Positions 45,027 through 56,300 of a stretch of 64,000 nucleotides of DNA are shown in pieces (the stretch's first letter is position 1; each line of letters begins with the position of its first letter). The notes under the pieces were generated by a model, which saw only the letters and a program-made list of their open reading frames with translations, ran no database searches and was not told where the DNA came from. Origin of the DNA: Rebecca billardiae RCC1528 (taxonomy: Eukaryota; Protista; Haptophyta); the NCBI GenBank assembly GCA_965240325.2, contig OZ251225.1:744001-808000 (forward strand), given 5' to 3'. Made by a program: the position numbers and the translations under genes.

Positions 45027-46049
45027 GTGGCCTTACTGAAGGCAGGGCTAGGCATCATGCAGGCCCGCAAGGACGTGGACTCCCAGCTGTCAAAGGCAGG
45101 GCGTCTCCTCCGACATGCCAGGGAGCTTCGGCCGCCGCCTGGGCACGACCAGGGGGGGCAGCCCCCTCCCCCACAGGCACAGGCAGGCCCAGGAGGGGCG
45201 ATTGCCATGAATAATCAGTTACAGGGGCCACCTGTCATCCAGCAGCAACCCCCTGCCCAGGCTGGCCAGGGCTGGCAGGCAGGCGCGGGGCAGGCCAACC
45301 TGCACCAGCCAATAGCGCGCGGTCACCACGTGCGCCCTCAGCTACTCTTGCGGGCATGGCCCCTACAGCGTGCTCGCCCCCTCCCTATGGTGATTGCGTG
45401 GCCTCTGCAGCCTGCCACACCTCTTGTAGCATGGCCGCTCCAATATGTTACCCCACTGGCTCGCCGCGATGTGCGTCCGTCGGACAATGTGTTGACACAT
45501 GGGGGCCCTGAGATTGAGGCAGATCCTGCTGCGGGCAGTCACACTGGTCACGGAGCTCACAACGGCATTACACAATCAGACACTGGACAGCAGGCCACAC
45601 AGCCACCTGCTGGCTCTGCCAAGACACTGGCAGCCCCCAGGCGCAGGCTGCCTCCTCCTAGTCAAGCTCAGCAAGACAGCCCCCCGCCCAAACGACACTG
45701 CCCACCCCGCCAGGCAAATGTGCCTATCCTAACACCAACTGGCAGGCAGGCTCAGCCTGCACAGCGAAGTATGCAACCCCCTGCAAAGAGCAGCAGAAAG
45801 AGGCGCGCAAACGACTCCTCCCCAGGCGTATTAGCCATCGCCACCACTCTGCTTGCCTCCTACAGCGGCCCACGCCCTGACTTGATGCCCGATATCGCAC
45901 ACATGTCTGACATGACACCATCTGCCTCCATAGCAGCACGAGTGAAATACAGGCGCCTCACTGCCAGGACCAGTGGCCCAGACCCCGGCCCAGCTACTGG
46001 GCTCGCTGACAGCCCCCTCCGTCCCCTCCCCCGCGCAGGGATCGGCTAG
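45027..46049 (+). other. Low-complexity P/Q-rich ORF in a CpG-depleted island, probably TE-derived
   Basis: 340-aa open frame. Region ~45000-46370 has visibly few CpG compared with its flanks. Confidence 0.4.
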
Positions 46050-46456
46050 TGGCTGGCCCTCTGCCCACACTGGGGCACCCTAAGGGGTGCCCAGTCTGCC
46101 GACTCGGCTCAAACTCGATGATCTCGAATTGCAAGGCAGTGCACTGCTGGTACCTGGGACCACCCCACAGTGTTGGGCTTGTATGCTGTCGGCAATGGCA
46201 TACCCCCGCCCCCTCTGGAGGCGGGCTGTCCACAGCGGAGTGGTGTCAAGGCACTTGGTGTATCGGTCAGTGGTTTGAGGTTGGGTGAGGGTGGTGGTTG
46301 GTTGGGGGCTGGCCAGGGTAGGGCTGGAGGCTTCGGCCGCCAGTCTGATCACCCGGAGCCCGTTATAAAGGGGAATTTAGCAGTACTTACGTACAGTATG
46401 CATGGGTAACTAATGGGTACGGTAGCTACCGCTATCATAGAGCGCGACGCGCGTGG

Positions 46457-46993
46457 ATGGCGCCCGGCCACAAGCACGAGGCGTTCCCGGAGCCGCAGGG
46501 TACGGAGACTGTGGCGAGGGTGGTGGACACGCCCGGGAGCAATCTGCTCGTCGTCGAGTACCCAGCCAGCGATGACACCGACTCGATGCTAAGGATGCTC
46601 GCGCGCCTTCCCAGCAAGTTCAAAAAGTCGGTGTGGATCCGACGGGGCGACTACGTGATCGTCGACGGCGAGCGCGCAGAGCCAAGCGCTGCGGTAGGCG
46701 GCCAGGTGACCACCTCGGGTGGCTGGGTGGTGCACAGCTTGCAACGCGACCAGATCAAGTATCTACGCGAGCGCGGGCTGTGGCCGGGGGCGTTTGCAGC
46801 CGCTCACAAGTCGGAAGCCGTCGTCGACGACGATGACTACCTCGTCAACCACAACCACGCCGTTGACGACGAGGACAGCGACGACGAGGACAGTGTGGGG
46901 GAGGATGAGGACGAGAATGACGATAAGGAGACGCGCAGCATGCCAGGTGGGGGCCACGATGAAGCAGACGAGATTGCAGGCCCTCGCCAGTAG
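46457..46993 (+). CDS. EIF1AD: eIF1A-domain RNA-binding protein
   Basis: GSNLLVV..LARLPSKFKKSVWIRRGDYVIV..QIKYLRERGLWP, acidic tail. Confidence 0.92.
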   Translation: MAPGHKHEAFPEPQGTETVARVVDTPGSNLLVVEYPASDDTDSMLRMLARLPSKFKKSVWIRRGDYVIVDGERAEPSAAVGGQVTTSGGWVVHSLQRDQIKYLRERGLWPGAFAAAHKSEAVVDDDDYLVNHNHAVDDEDSDDEDSVGEDEDENDDKETRSMPGGGHDEADEIAGPRQ

Positions 46994-47021
46994 TAGCTGA
47001 GCCCGGTATTAATACTATACG

Positions 47022-49414
47022 GGGGGTCCATGACAGCAGCCCATTGATTTGTGATTTCGACAACCATGCGCCATGTAGGTGTCTGACGAGCGTGGCGCTT
47101 GCGGAGTCACTTACAAATATGTCCCAGAGCCCAGCCCAGCCGTTGGAAGCACTCAAAACCGACTCCGCGCGCCGTCGCGCGGTCGTGCGCGCACGCCAGC
47201 TGCGCCACTGTGTCGCATACAGATTCAGCCAAACGTCAACGATCCGACTTGTTATGGCGGCTAAATGACGGTATGTCGTCGGACTTACTTATTCATAACC
47301 GTTGCAACCCGCCCCAACAAAATTAAGGTGGAATTGCTAAATTTTAGTAGGCATGATAGATGAGTGCGCGTAGCGGTTGGTGAAAAACTACTCCAAGATC
47401 GAGCATTTTACCCATCATTTAATTAGAGATACCCTACCCGCACATATGCACAGACTTACCCGTTAATATATAGTACGGGTGCACTCTCCTATATATATTC
47501 ATATTGGTGTCTATATGTGGGTACCGTGTTCAATATTGAGACTGGGTCATCCGAATCAGGCGGCCGCCGCCGCGGAGCAGTCACTGCGGCTGCTCATGCC
47601 ACTCGAACAGTGCCGCAGCAGGCCCGGACGGGCCTGATGCGGGCGGCGGGCTGCGTGCCGATGCACACTAGCAAGACCACCTCTGAGCATGCCACCATCC
47701 CAACACTCGCAGGAGAGCCCTCCGCCGTCGAGGCTTGCGTGCGCAGACTGGCAGTCGATTGCCGCCGCCAAGCTTGCCGCGGTCCGTTCGGCGACTCCGA
47801 GCCCGTACTCTGTGTCACCGGCATCGTCGCCGTTCGTCGTACCCCGGCCCACGCGAGGCTGCCACCGGTCCACCACTACTGCGGCGGACTGCGCGCGCTT
47901 CGCCACGCGCTCGCCCCGGAGCTCCGCCGCTCTCCTATCGCGCTTGAGCTCGGCGCCGTCGGCAGCCATGGCCGCCCGCTCGGCCGCAGCGCGATCTGTG
48001 CCCCAGCACGCGCTGCGCTCGGCTTCGTCGGCGCGCAAGCTGGCACGCGCAGCGTCGGCGACGGCGCGCGCGGTCGCCTTGCGCGACGAGTCCAGCTCCA
48101 CCTGCTGCTCCGAGATGATCGCGTGCGCAGCAGGAGTCACGCGCTGCTCGTGCAGCGGCACCGGCACGCGGCCTGATGCGGAAATGCGCGGCGCGCCGGC
48201 GTCGGGGTGCGAGTCGAGGTCGCGGAAGGGGCAGCTGACGTGGGCGGCGCCCAGCAACTTGTCGTCGGTGTCCAGCTCCGCCAACCTCTCCGCCGCCGAT
48301 GCGCCCAGCTTCCGGCTCAGGATGCGCTCCACGTCCTGGCGCTTGCCCTTCGACCACCTGTGCACCGTCATCAGCCAGTTGCCGATCATCTCGAGCCGCG
48401 GCGAGTCGTGGCGCGCCGAGATGCCGTGCACGTCCGCGCAGGCGTGCGCGACCTTCTTGGGCTTCCTCATCCCACCGTCGCCCGCGGTCTGGGCGTACGC
48501 CGCGGTGAACACTATGACCAACTGCTTGCGCTTCTTCAAGTTCTTCTCGAGCATGAGGTCCACGAGCGTGCGGAGGAGGTCGAGGAGCACGAAGTTGAGC
48601 ACCGATGCGTACCGCGGGTGCGTGCCGGCCACGAAGCGGCAGCCTGAAGTGTGCATCACGTGAATGGCGCGCGCCGCCGCCGCCGTCTCCTCGACCTGCT
48701 CCACGCGGACGTTGATGTCTGGCGGCAGCTCGAGCCTTGACTGCTGCACGCCATCGTGGCCGTCCGCGGAGGAGGTGAGCCCCTCTGCGGTGCTGGCGGG
48801 GACCTCGGGCGGGTCGCACATGTCCATGGACACGCGCACATCATCATCCGCCACGCCCTGGACCTCGTCATGCCCGACACGGCGGTCAGCAAGTTGATCG
48901 ACGTCGAGCGGCCCTTGCGGCAGAGGCCCGCGGGGAGCGTCAGAGCGCGAGAGCGACGCGTCGGGTGGGCAAGGAGGCTGCGTCGAGTCGTTGTCGATGT
49001 CCACCCCACCGCGTAGGTCATGTTCGTCTCCGCGTAGGTCGCCAGCACGTGCTGCTAGGACTCGCTCCTTGGTCGCGAGCAGCGCACGTTGAGCACGCAG
49101 ATGCAAATTATGAAGCACGAGCTTCGGTTGGACCACGACTCCCAGCGAGAGCCCGGTCCGCACGAGTCATGGCTGCCCGTCCGCAGCCGCCCAGCCGCTT
49201 GACGAGGCGCCTGCACCGAGGTGGGTGCGCCCAATGGCGAGCGGACGGCCGTCGATGAGGGCCATCAGCCTCGCCGACCCCGTTCAGAGCTCCGCTCCCG
49301 CGCCGGGGCCAGCCGAGCGCGGATTTGGAATCTGCCGATCGCGAAAACCCGCCGAACAAGTTCTGAATGGAAAAGAAAAGAAAATCAAAACTCAATTTAA
49401 TCTGATGGACCCCC
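47022..49414. mobile_element. Putative decayed TIR element (~2.4 kb)
   Basis: GGGGGTCCAT at 47022 and ATGGACCCCC at 49405-49414, with further loose inverted similarity (ATTGA..TGATTT). AT-rich subterminal DNA. TSD unclear. Confidence 0.55.
47556..49163 (-). CDS. Hypothetical protein inside the putative TIR element, possibly a pseudogene
   Basis: 535-aa frame with a globular-looking core (YASVLNFVLLDLLRTLVDLMLEKNLKKRKQLVIVF..EMIGNWL). No recognised domain. Confidence 0.45.
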   Translation of the reverse strand: MRTGLSLGVVVQPKLVLHNLHLRAQRALLATKERVLAARAGDLRGDEHDLRGGVDIDNDSTQPPCPPDASLSRSDAPRGPLPQGPLDVDQLADRRVGHDEVQGVADDDVRVSMDMCDPPEVPASTAEGLTSSADGHDGVQQSRLELPPDINVRVEQVEETAAAARAIHVMHTSGCRFVAGTHPRYASVLNFVLLDLLRTLVDLMLEKNLKKRKQLVIVFTAAYAQTAGDGGMRKPKKVAHACADVHGISARHDSPRLEMIGNWLMTVHRWSKGKRQDVERILSRKLGASAAERLAELDTDDKLLGAAHVSCPFRDLDSHPDAGAPRISASGRVPVPLHEQRVTPAAHAIISEQQVELDSSRKATARAVADAARASLRADEAERSACWGTDRAAAERAAMAADGAELKRDRRAAELRGERVAKRAQSAAVVVDRWQPRVGRGTTNGDDAGDTEYGLGVAERTAASLAAAIDCQSAHASLDGGGLSCECWDGGMLRGGLASVHRHAARRPHQARPGLLRHCSSGMSSRSDCSAAAAA

Positions 49415-50120
49415 TATAATATACGGCCCGCCATTAACGACGTGGTATGCAACGGGCAGGCGTCAGAGTCAGCAAGCTGTAGCAGCAGATCGAGCAGCAG
49501 AGACAAACACCAGGATCAGCGCTCCTCGCCGTCGTCCCCCCCCCCCCTCGTAGTCGCCCAATGATAATTTTAAGCTACTCGGGTAACGTACTCTATAGTC
49601 ATAGTGAGGCGAAGTACCCGAAGTCTTGTAAAAGTGTCGCCTGTCGGGCTCAGGCTCGGACGATTTAGACTATACTCAGTGAGTGTGTCAGTTTGAGCCG
49701 TGTCAAAGGCCGGCCGGGTCGGCCGTCGGCCCGGCGGCCGTGCCCGTGGCGGCATGCAGCCAGTGCCTAGAGTGACGTACTGAATATTAATTGCTAATGA
49801 GTAGTTAAATTTATAATAATAATACCGCTGCTCATAATAATCTCACTAGTCACTGGCATCCGGACGTGTAACTACCGCTGTGCTCAATATATATATGCGT
49901 ATATATATATATATATATATACTTCTTGAAAAGTAATAATTCTATGCCGCGTGCACATGCGGCAGTCATGTGAGTCACTGAGTGTCAGTGAGTGCCGGGA
50001 CCGTACTTGACAGACTTGTGATCAGTGATGGCACCGGTTCACAGTGACCCGAATCGGCCACTTAGTCAATAATCAGCCATATAATTAACTGGCACGGCCT
50101 GGCCGCCGCCAGTGTCAAGT

Positions 50121-51254
50121 TCAAGGCCAAAAGTGTGCTCGTACCCCACTCTTGCGGAGTCTGGTCATCACCGACAGCGCATGGTCAACGGTGCCGCCGG
50201 TCAATCCGGCCGCCGACTCGTCTTGATGCCAGAACGGGTTGAGCCATGGCTCGTTGGGCGTATCAAAATGGTACTCGAAGAAGAACTCGTCGATTAGCCT
50301 CGATGCATTCGTGCCGCGTCGATTGGTGAGAACCTCGTCAACGAGCTCGTGTTCGACAGAGAAGGTGTCGATGTCGAGTTTGAACACGACAAAGTCTTCT
50401 TCGCTCGCCACCTCGGCGATGGTCAGGAGCGGGTCGCTGGCTGTGCCGGGGTATACCGGTACGTTGTAGAAGTGAAGCCGCGCGCGCTGCGCAAGGGGAA
50501 CATGCCGCCACCACCTCTTCGCCTCGTACTTCTTGGCTTCCCATGCCCATATGCCGTCGAAGTGGATGCACTGCCGGGCGTACAGTTGGACGAGAAGAGG
50601 GAGCGACGGGCCCTGCGCTGACGCCAAATCAGTCCGGCTGTTGGCCACATGCTTGCCCCAGTCTGCGCAGCCAGCATCAAAGAGCAGCGCTCGCTGTGGC
50701 CTGGCTGTGCTCGCCCATCGACCCTCAGCACCCGTCGCGGAGCAGCGCGAAGCGAGCACAAGATGGTCGACGCGCAGCAGGCCCTTCTTCACCATCTCGC
50801 GAGTGATCCGCTTCTTCTCGCTCTGCGTGGTAGGGCCTCTGCGGCCGGGTGGAAGGCTGCATCCGATGTCAGCATGCACCGGGTGGCGTGCGAAGCCGTG
50901 CAGAGGCTCGATCGGCTCCCAGGTGCACGGCTGGCTCGCATTCGATGCGGCACAGATCTCGATCTGCGACATGATATCCAGGTAGTCCGGCCCAGCGGCG
51001 CGTCTGCGGGCATGCAGCGACGAGTTCTGCGCGCCACGCAGCCTGGCGGCCACACGGACGGCGCGCTCTTGCAGACCCTGCTGCTTTGGGGCCTCTGCAA
51101 CCTCGCAGATGCGGCCATCCACCTTGCCCTCGAGGACCCACGGCCGCTCGGCCTCACTGACGTGGTAGAACACGCGCACGCCCCCAGACGCCGCCGAGGC
51201 ACGGGCTTGTTCAGCGGCAGCGCCAAGCACAGGGGCGAGCAGCCACCACACCAT
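50121..51254 (-). CDS. Secreted/Golgi FkbM-like (Methyltransf_21-type) protein
   Basis: Signal peptide MVWWLLAPVLGAAA. LLFDAGC, IWAWEA, DFVVFKLDID..EHELV, LIDEFFFEYH. Confidence 0.75.
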   Translation of the reverse strand: MVWWLLAPVLGAAAEQARASAASGGVRVFYHVSEAERPWVLEGKVDGRICEVAEAPKQQGLQERAVRVAARLRGAQNSSLHARRRAAGPDYLDIMSQIEICAASNASQPCTWEPIEPLHGFARHPVHADIGCSLPPGRRGPTTQSEKKRITREMVKKGLLRVDHLVLASRCSATGAEGRWASTARPQRALLFDAGCADWGKHVANSRTDLASAQGPSLPLLVQLYARQCIHFDGIWAWEAKKYEAKRWWRHVPLAQRARLHFYNVPVYPGTASDPLLTIAEVASEEDFVVFKLDIDTFSVEHELVDEVLTNRRGTNASRLIDEFFFEYHFDTPNEPWLNPFWHQDESAAGLTGGTVDHALSVMTRLRKSGVRAHFWP

Positions 51255-51609
51255 GGCGGCGCGGCTGGCCACAGCTTGGCTATACTGTACTGTACGTACG
51301 GCGGCTCCGCGGGGTAATCACAGTCCGCGCTTTCCCCTCTCCGCGCCCACGTCCGACCACGCCGCGCGCGCCAACGCGCGCGCACCACGAGATGAGAAAG
51401 AGAACCCACGCCGAGGCGTTTTGAGTTTTCAGCCCCCGGTGCCTATAATTTGGTACACGGGCCGTCCGGGCCCGCATTATGCCATAGCTTCAGTCCGGGA
51501 GCCAAGGAGGGTCGGAGGGACTGAACAGGAAGGTCCGGACTCGCTCGCACGCAGCCCGGCCTTCCGCCTTCACCGTGAAGGTGGCACAGTAAGTACAGTT
51601 TATTATAAT

Positions 51610-51779
51610 AATGTGTTTTAACGTGCGTAAGGCTCACGGTGGCAGGTAGTGCCGCGGCCATCCTTCATCGCACGCTCTCCGAAGAGAGACCTGGAAACTG
51701 GTTTTGAACCCATGACCTCAGACGCAAGAGCACGCCAGTAGGCTCCCTCTCCCACTCGCCGACTCGGCCACAGACCGGC
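51610..51779 (-). other. tRNA-derived Pol III-type (SINE-like) sequence
   Basis: Minus strand has A-box TGGCCGAGTCGG (51759-51770), B-box GGTTCAAAACC in a GAGGTCATGGGTTCAAA context (~51700-51719), then a CTCTC-TTCG-GAGAG hairpin. Confidence 0.5.
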
Positions 51780-51792
51780 GTTAAGAATACTG

Positions 51793-52034
51793 TAAGAGAC
51801 GCACACAGCTCAGGCAGGCGAGAGTGACGCCCGCCAACTGTCATCGCCCATGAAGCCGTCGCCGATGGTAGCGCCGCCGGAAAACTTCGGCCGTCCGCCT
51901 GCGAGGCCTGTACTCTGTAGACAGTTTACTAAGAGTAAGAATAAGAGACGCACACAGCTCAGGCAGGCGAGATCGTGACGCCCGCCAACTGTCACCGCCC
52001 ATGAAGCCGTCGCCGATGGTAGCGCCGCCGGAAA
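51793..52034. repeat. ~92-bp direct repeat (2 copies)
   Basis: TAAGAGACGCACACAGCTCAGGCAGGCGAGA..GGTAGCGCCGCCGGAAA at 51793 and 51942. Confidence 0.9.
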
Positions 52035-52899
52035 TATTCGTTCAGCCGTCCGCCTGCGAAGTGCGAGGCACGGCCTGGATGAGGGCTGGTCCTCGCCCCA
52101 CCGTCGTCCACAAAACGTCGTCGTCCGAACTCGCCGACTGGGCGCCGATGCGACAGCGCGCCGACAGGATGAGGATGTAGTAGTAGGGAATGTAGAGCCC
52201 CCGAGTATGCATGTATGGAGCGCTCCATTTCCCAGCGAAGTGCCCCAACTCGGCGGGGCTGGCACGCTCGGCACACGCTCCTGAGCGCTCGCTTCGCGGT
52301 GCGGCAGGCCTTGGATAGAATATGCAGACATGTCACGACCGCATTACCGGGCCATGCGCGCACCACATCCGCGCTACGTGGCCTGCGCGCTGGACGACTG
52401 AGAGTCAATGCCGACCCACTGCATTCAACTGCCCCGCATGCCCCCCGAGTCGCCTTCAGAGGGCGTCGACAAGCGCAGAGCGGGCGCGCGGGAGTTCGAC
52501 CAACTCGTGTACCTTCTTGCAAGCACCAGCGGCGATGTCGCAAGCCGAACCTTGACCAGCTGTGGAACTTCAACTTGAGCTGGTCGGCAGCAAAACAACG
52601 CATGGCCCCGGATCAAGTTAGCAGCGTGCGAGGAGGAGGCGCGGTGCGCGTCCGCAGCTGGCGAGAGGCGTCCGGACCGTGCCCTTCTCGGCCACGCCCG
52701 CGCGCTTCCCGCCGCCGCGGGCCCCGTGTACGCCCGTCGTCGCCCTCGCCGCGTGGGCGCCAAGCCGGGCTCAAGTGAGTTCCAACAAGCGCTCCATAGT
52801 GAGCGACACGTGCGGGAGCTCACGTAGACTGACGCAAAACACATCTTAACCTGATGCCCACCCCCGTGGTCTTCTACCGTATTTGCAAATAGGACAAAG

Positions 52900-53082
52900 T
52901 TCGGGCGCAAAGCCTCCAATCTTTGTATGTGTGGACTCGAGAGCGTCCAATCTTTGTATGTGTGGACTCGTTCGGGCGCAAAGCCTCCAATCTTTGTATG
53001 TGTGGACTCGAGAGCGTCCAATCTTTGTATGTGTGGACTCGTTCGGGCGCAAAGCGTCCAACCTTTGTATGTGTGGACTCGT
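52900..53082. repeat. Higher-order minisatellite: 25-bp unit with alternating linkers
   Basis: TCCAATCTTTGTATGTGTGGACTCG x5, separated alternately by AGAGCG and TTCGGGCGCAAAGC(C/G). Three units recur at ~57417-57512. Confidence 0.95.
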
Positions 53083-53338
53083 TTACTTGCATAGAAATCT
53101 TCCTCAAAATGTGGCGAGAAGTACCCACTTCGCTATGAGCCTGTGAATATGGCCACAGCGATGCCGCGAACCGTTTCGTTACGATAACCACCCTGCGCTC
53201 GCCTGGGCGCTCGTGGACGTGAGCAGTTCGAGCCTCCAGCAGTTGGCCGGTTCAACCTGGTGAGTTCCATCGCGTCGCACCGCCCGGAGGGCACGCACGA
53301 GACGTGGTGCCCCCGCCGGCGCTGTGGCGCTGGTCGCA

Positions 53339-56300
53339 ATGGGAGGGCCTCAACCTACTCCCAGGGCTGCCCTCGACGAGCTGCGTCGCGTCTATGGTTG
53401 CATCCCCGAGTGGATGGTCGACGAACGACTCCATGTTAAGCGCGCTCGGGGCGATGTCCTGCGTCTCGCGATGCCTCGACCTCGGGGGCTGCACGAGACG
53501 CTCGGGCTGCACATGCCGGGGGTGGACCCCCTCGACGCGTCGGCGACGCACATTGCCGTGCTCAAACGCGTCATGCGCTGCATTCCTGTGCACATGCGCG
53601 ACGCACATGGGTGCGTCAGACGCGCGCTGCGCGAGGCAAAGGCTCCGCCTCGCCCTCAGCGCGTCGCGCGATGCCGGCGCGCGACGCGCGGCCTCGATCT
53701 TCCTGACGTGGACAGCTTCGACGTGACGGGCACACAGATTGCCGTGCTGGAGCGCGTCGCGCGCTGCGTTCCCGCACACATGCAAGCCGTGCAAGCACGC
53801 GTGCAAGGCGCGCTGCGCGTGGCTCATCGCGATGACGATATTAAGCAGCGGCGCGCGCTGGTGGACTGGCGTGCGGGCGATCTGGCGCTGGCCACGGAAT
53901 CGTGCCTCGCACGCCGGCGCGCTCGCGACGAGCGAGCGCAACGCGCCGCGGCGCGCGCACGCGAGCGCGCGTGCCGATCCGGAGCAGGCTGGCACGTGTT
54001 CGAGGAGAATCCGGCGCGACGCGTTGGTGGCGGCGTGCGCAGGCGGCGTGCGCGGGCCAGCCGCCGCAGCACCCTGTCTCGGCGTCATGCGACATCCGAC
54101 GCGGTGCCCCGAGACACTGCCGAGATGTCGAGCGCGCCGCAGCACGCCGCGCTCGACCACGATTCGATTCGGTGCAAGGCGACCGCCGAGCAGCGCCGCG
54201 CGCTCAGCAGCATGCAAGCAGCAATGCGTGCTGACGGCGCAGGAGCCGATGCAGCACGGCGCAAGGCGTACGGCGCGGGCGTGCGCGCCGCGTGCACGGC
54301 GCTGCGCGTTTGCGCCTCGAACGCGCCCACTCTTCCCGAGGACGACGCGCTGCTCGAATCGGCGATGATGATCGCCGCGCGCGCTGGGCTGCTCTGGTTT
54401 GGCCGCGCGCCGCCATCGCAGCTGCTCGCACCACCACCTGCGGCTGGGGTGCAGGCCCTCTCTGCCGTCGCTCGCGCCTCGAAGGCGGAGTCGGGCTGGC
54501 GGGACGTGGCGTTTGCCGTCGCGCACGCGCGGCTGCGGCGTGAGCGCGCCGCGCGCGCCATTCAACGGCGCGCACGCCCGCTGTGGCGAATCCGCGGCAC
54601 CGCCGCTGGCGCGCGCGTGGAGTTGGGGCGTGCGCCGCGACGCGTGGGCGCGGTGCGCGGCGCGCTCGGCATCGTCTGCATGGAGCGGCGGCGCGCGCGG
54701 CTGCTGGCCGACGAGGAGATGCTGATGCCCGGTGGCGACTACTACTACACGCCGATGGCGTACGCGCCGGGTGCTATCGCCGGCGCCGAGCCCGCTTCGA
54801 CGCCGCCACCGCAGCTGCCGCCGTCGCACGACCGCATCGCGTCAACCTCTGCCGGGCAGCACTCGCGCTCAGCCTCGGGCTGCTGCTCTGCGGCAGGCTG
54901 CGCCGCGCGCGTGGGCCGCCCAGCGCCCGTGGCGGCGCACGTGCTGTACGCGGTGCCGTGCGCGCACGTTGGCGCACCGCATCGTGATCGTGCGGCGAGC
55001 GAGGCGGACACGGCGCCACCGTGCGGAGCTGGCGAGCACGGCGGGCACTTGGCGCCAAGTTTGGTGGCGCGGCCCGGCGCGCACGTGGACGGCGACTGGC
55101 TCAACGCGCGCGCGCGCGGCGGCGGCGCATCGCTGGCAGCGATGCTGGGCGTGGACGGATTGGCAACCGTCCGCGATATCATCGCGCGCTCCAAGTCCTC
55201 GAATTTCTCGGTCGAGCAGAGCCTCGCCGTGCTCGAGACCGGGCTGGGCTACGGCGCGGCCGCTGAGCATCCCGCGCTGAGCCGTGTCGCGCCAGACCTG
55301 ATCCGCAGGCATCGTCTCCGCCTGCGCGCGCTGCTGGGGAAGCACGCACCCACCGCCGTCCAGCGGCTCGACGCGCACCGCGCTTCAAGCGCACGCGGCG
55401 GCGCTGCTCCATCCGTATCGGCTGCGACGGCTGCCCCGCAGACCGACGCACACCGTGCCCCGAGCACGCGCGATGGCGCCGCAGTTGCTGATCACCGCGC
55501 GCCCCACCTGACGCGGTCGGAGTCGACGACGCGGCGTCCATCCACCACGCAGACGGAGGCTGACGGGAGCGCCATATCGTCGCCGCCGGCCACGTTGCTG
55601 CTGGAGGTCCTCGGCGCCCAGGCGCATGCGCGCGTGTGCGCGCTCATCAGCTCGCGCTCACAGTCCCAGCTCTTCTCGCTCGAGCAGAGCCTCGCGGTGT
55701 TGGAGACGGGTGTGGTCGGCGCGCCGCGTGGCGCGCACCCACTGCTCGAGGATTTCAAGCCGCAGCAGTGTCGCTCGCATCGCTGGGCGCTCCACCAGAT
55801 TTTGCGCGCCGAGTGCCCAGACGCGCTCGAGCGGCTGCGAGCCAAGGGCGTCGAGAGCGTGTCGCTTTCACCTGTGCAGCCGTCACAGCGTGCAGAGGCG
55901 GTGTCCGATGCGCTCTCGGTGGCGGTCGCGAGCGCAACGGCGCGTGCGACGACCACGCCGTTGGAGCAGCTCCTCGGCCACGAGGCGCATGCGTGCGTGC
56001 GCGCGCTCATCAGTTCACGCTCGCACTCGCAGCTCTTCTCGCTCGAGCAGAGCCTCGCCGTGTTGGAGACGGGCATTGTCGGCGCGCCGCGTGGCGCGCA
56101 CCCACTGCTCGAGGATTTCAAGCCGCAGCAGTGTCACTCGCATCGCTGGGCGCTCCACCAGATTTTGCGCGCCGAGTGCCCAGACGCGCTCGAGCGGCTG
56201 CGAGCCAAGGGCGTCGAGCAGCATCGCGTGCGCGCGGTCAAGCGGCCGCGGCCGTCCGAGGCGACGCCGAGCTGCACGTCGGGCGCGCGCGCTGCGCCGC

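Noticed and set aside
51690-51779. Functional tRNA gene
   Set aside because: A and B boxes are present but I cannot form acceptor or anticodon stems.
52850-52875. Hammerhead ribozyme (CTGATG followed by a CCAC/GTGG stem)
   Set aside because: Lacks CUGAnGA and the GAAA core on either strand.
52900-53082. CRISPR-like array
   Set aside because: Linkers are only 6 and 15 bp and themselves repeat. No cas genes. Eukaryotic context.
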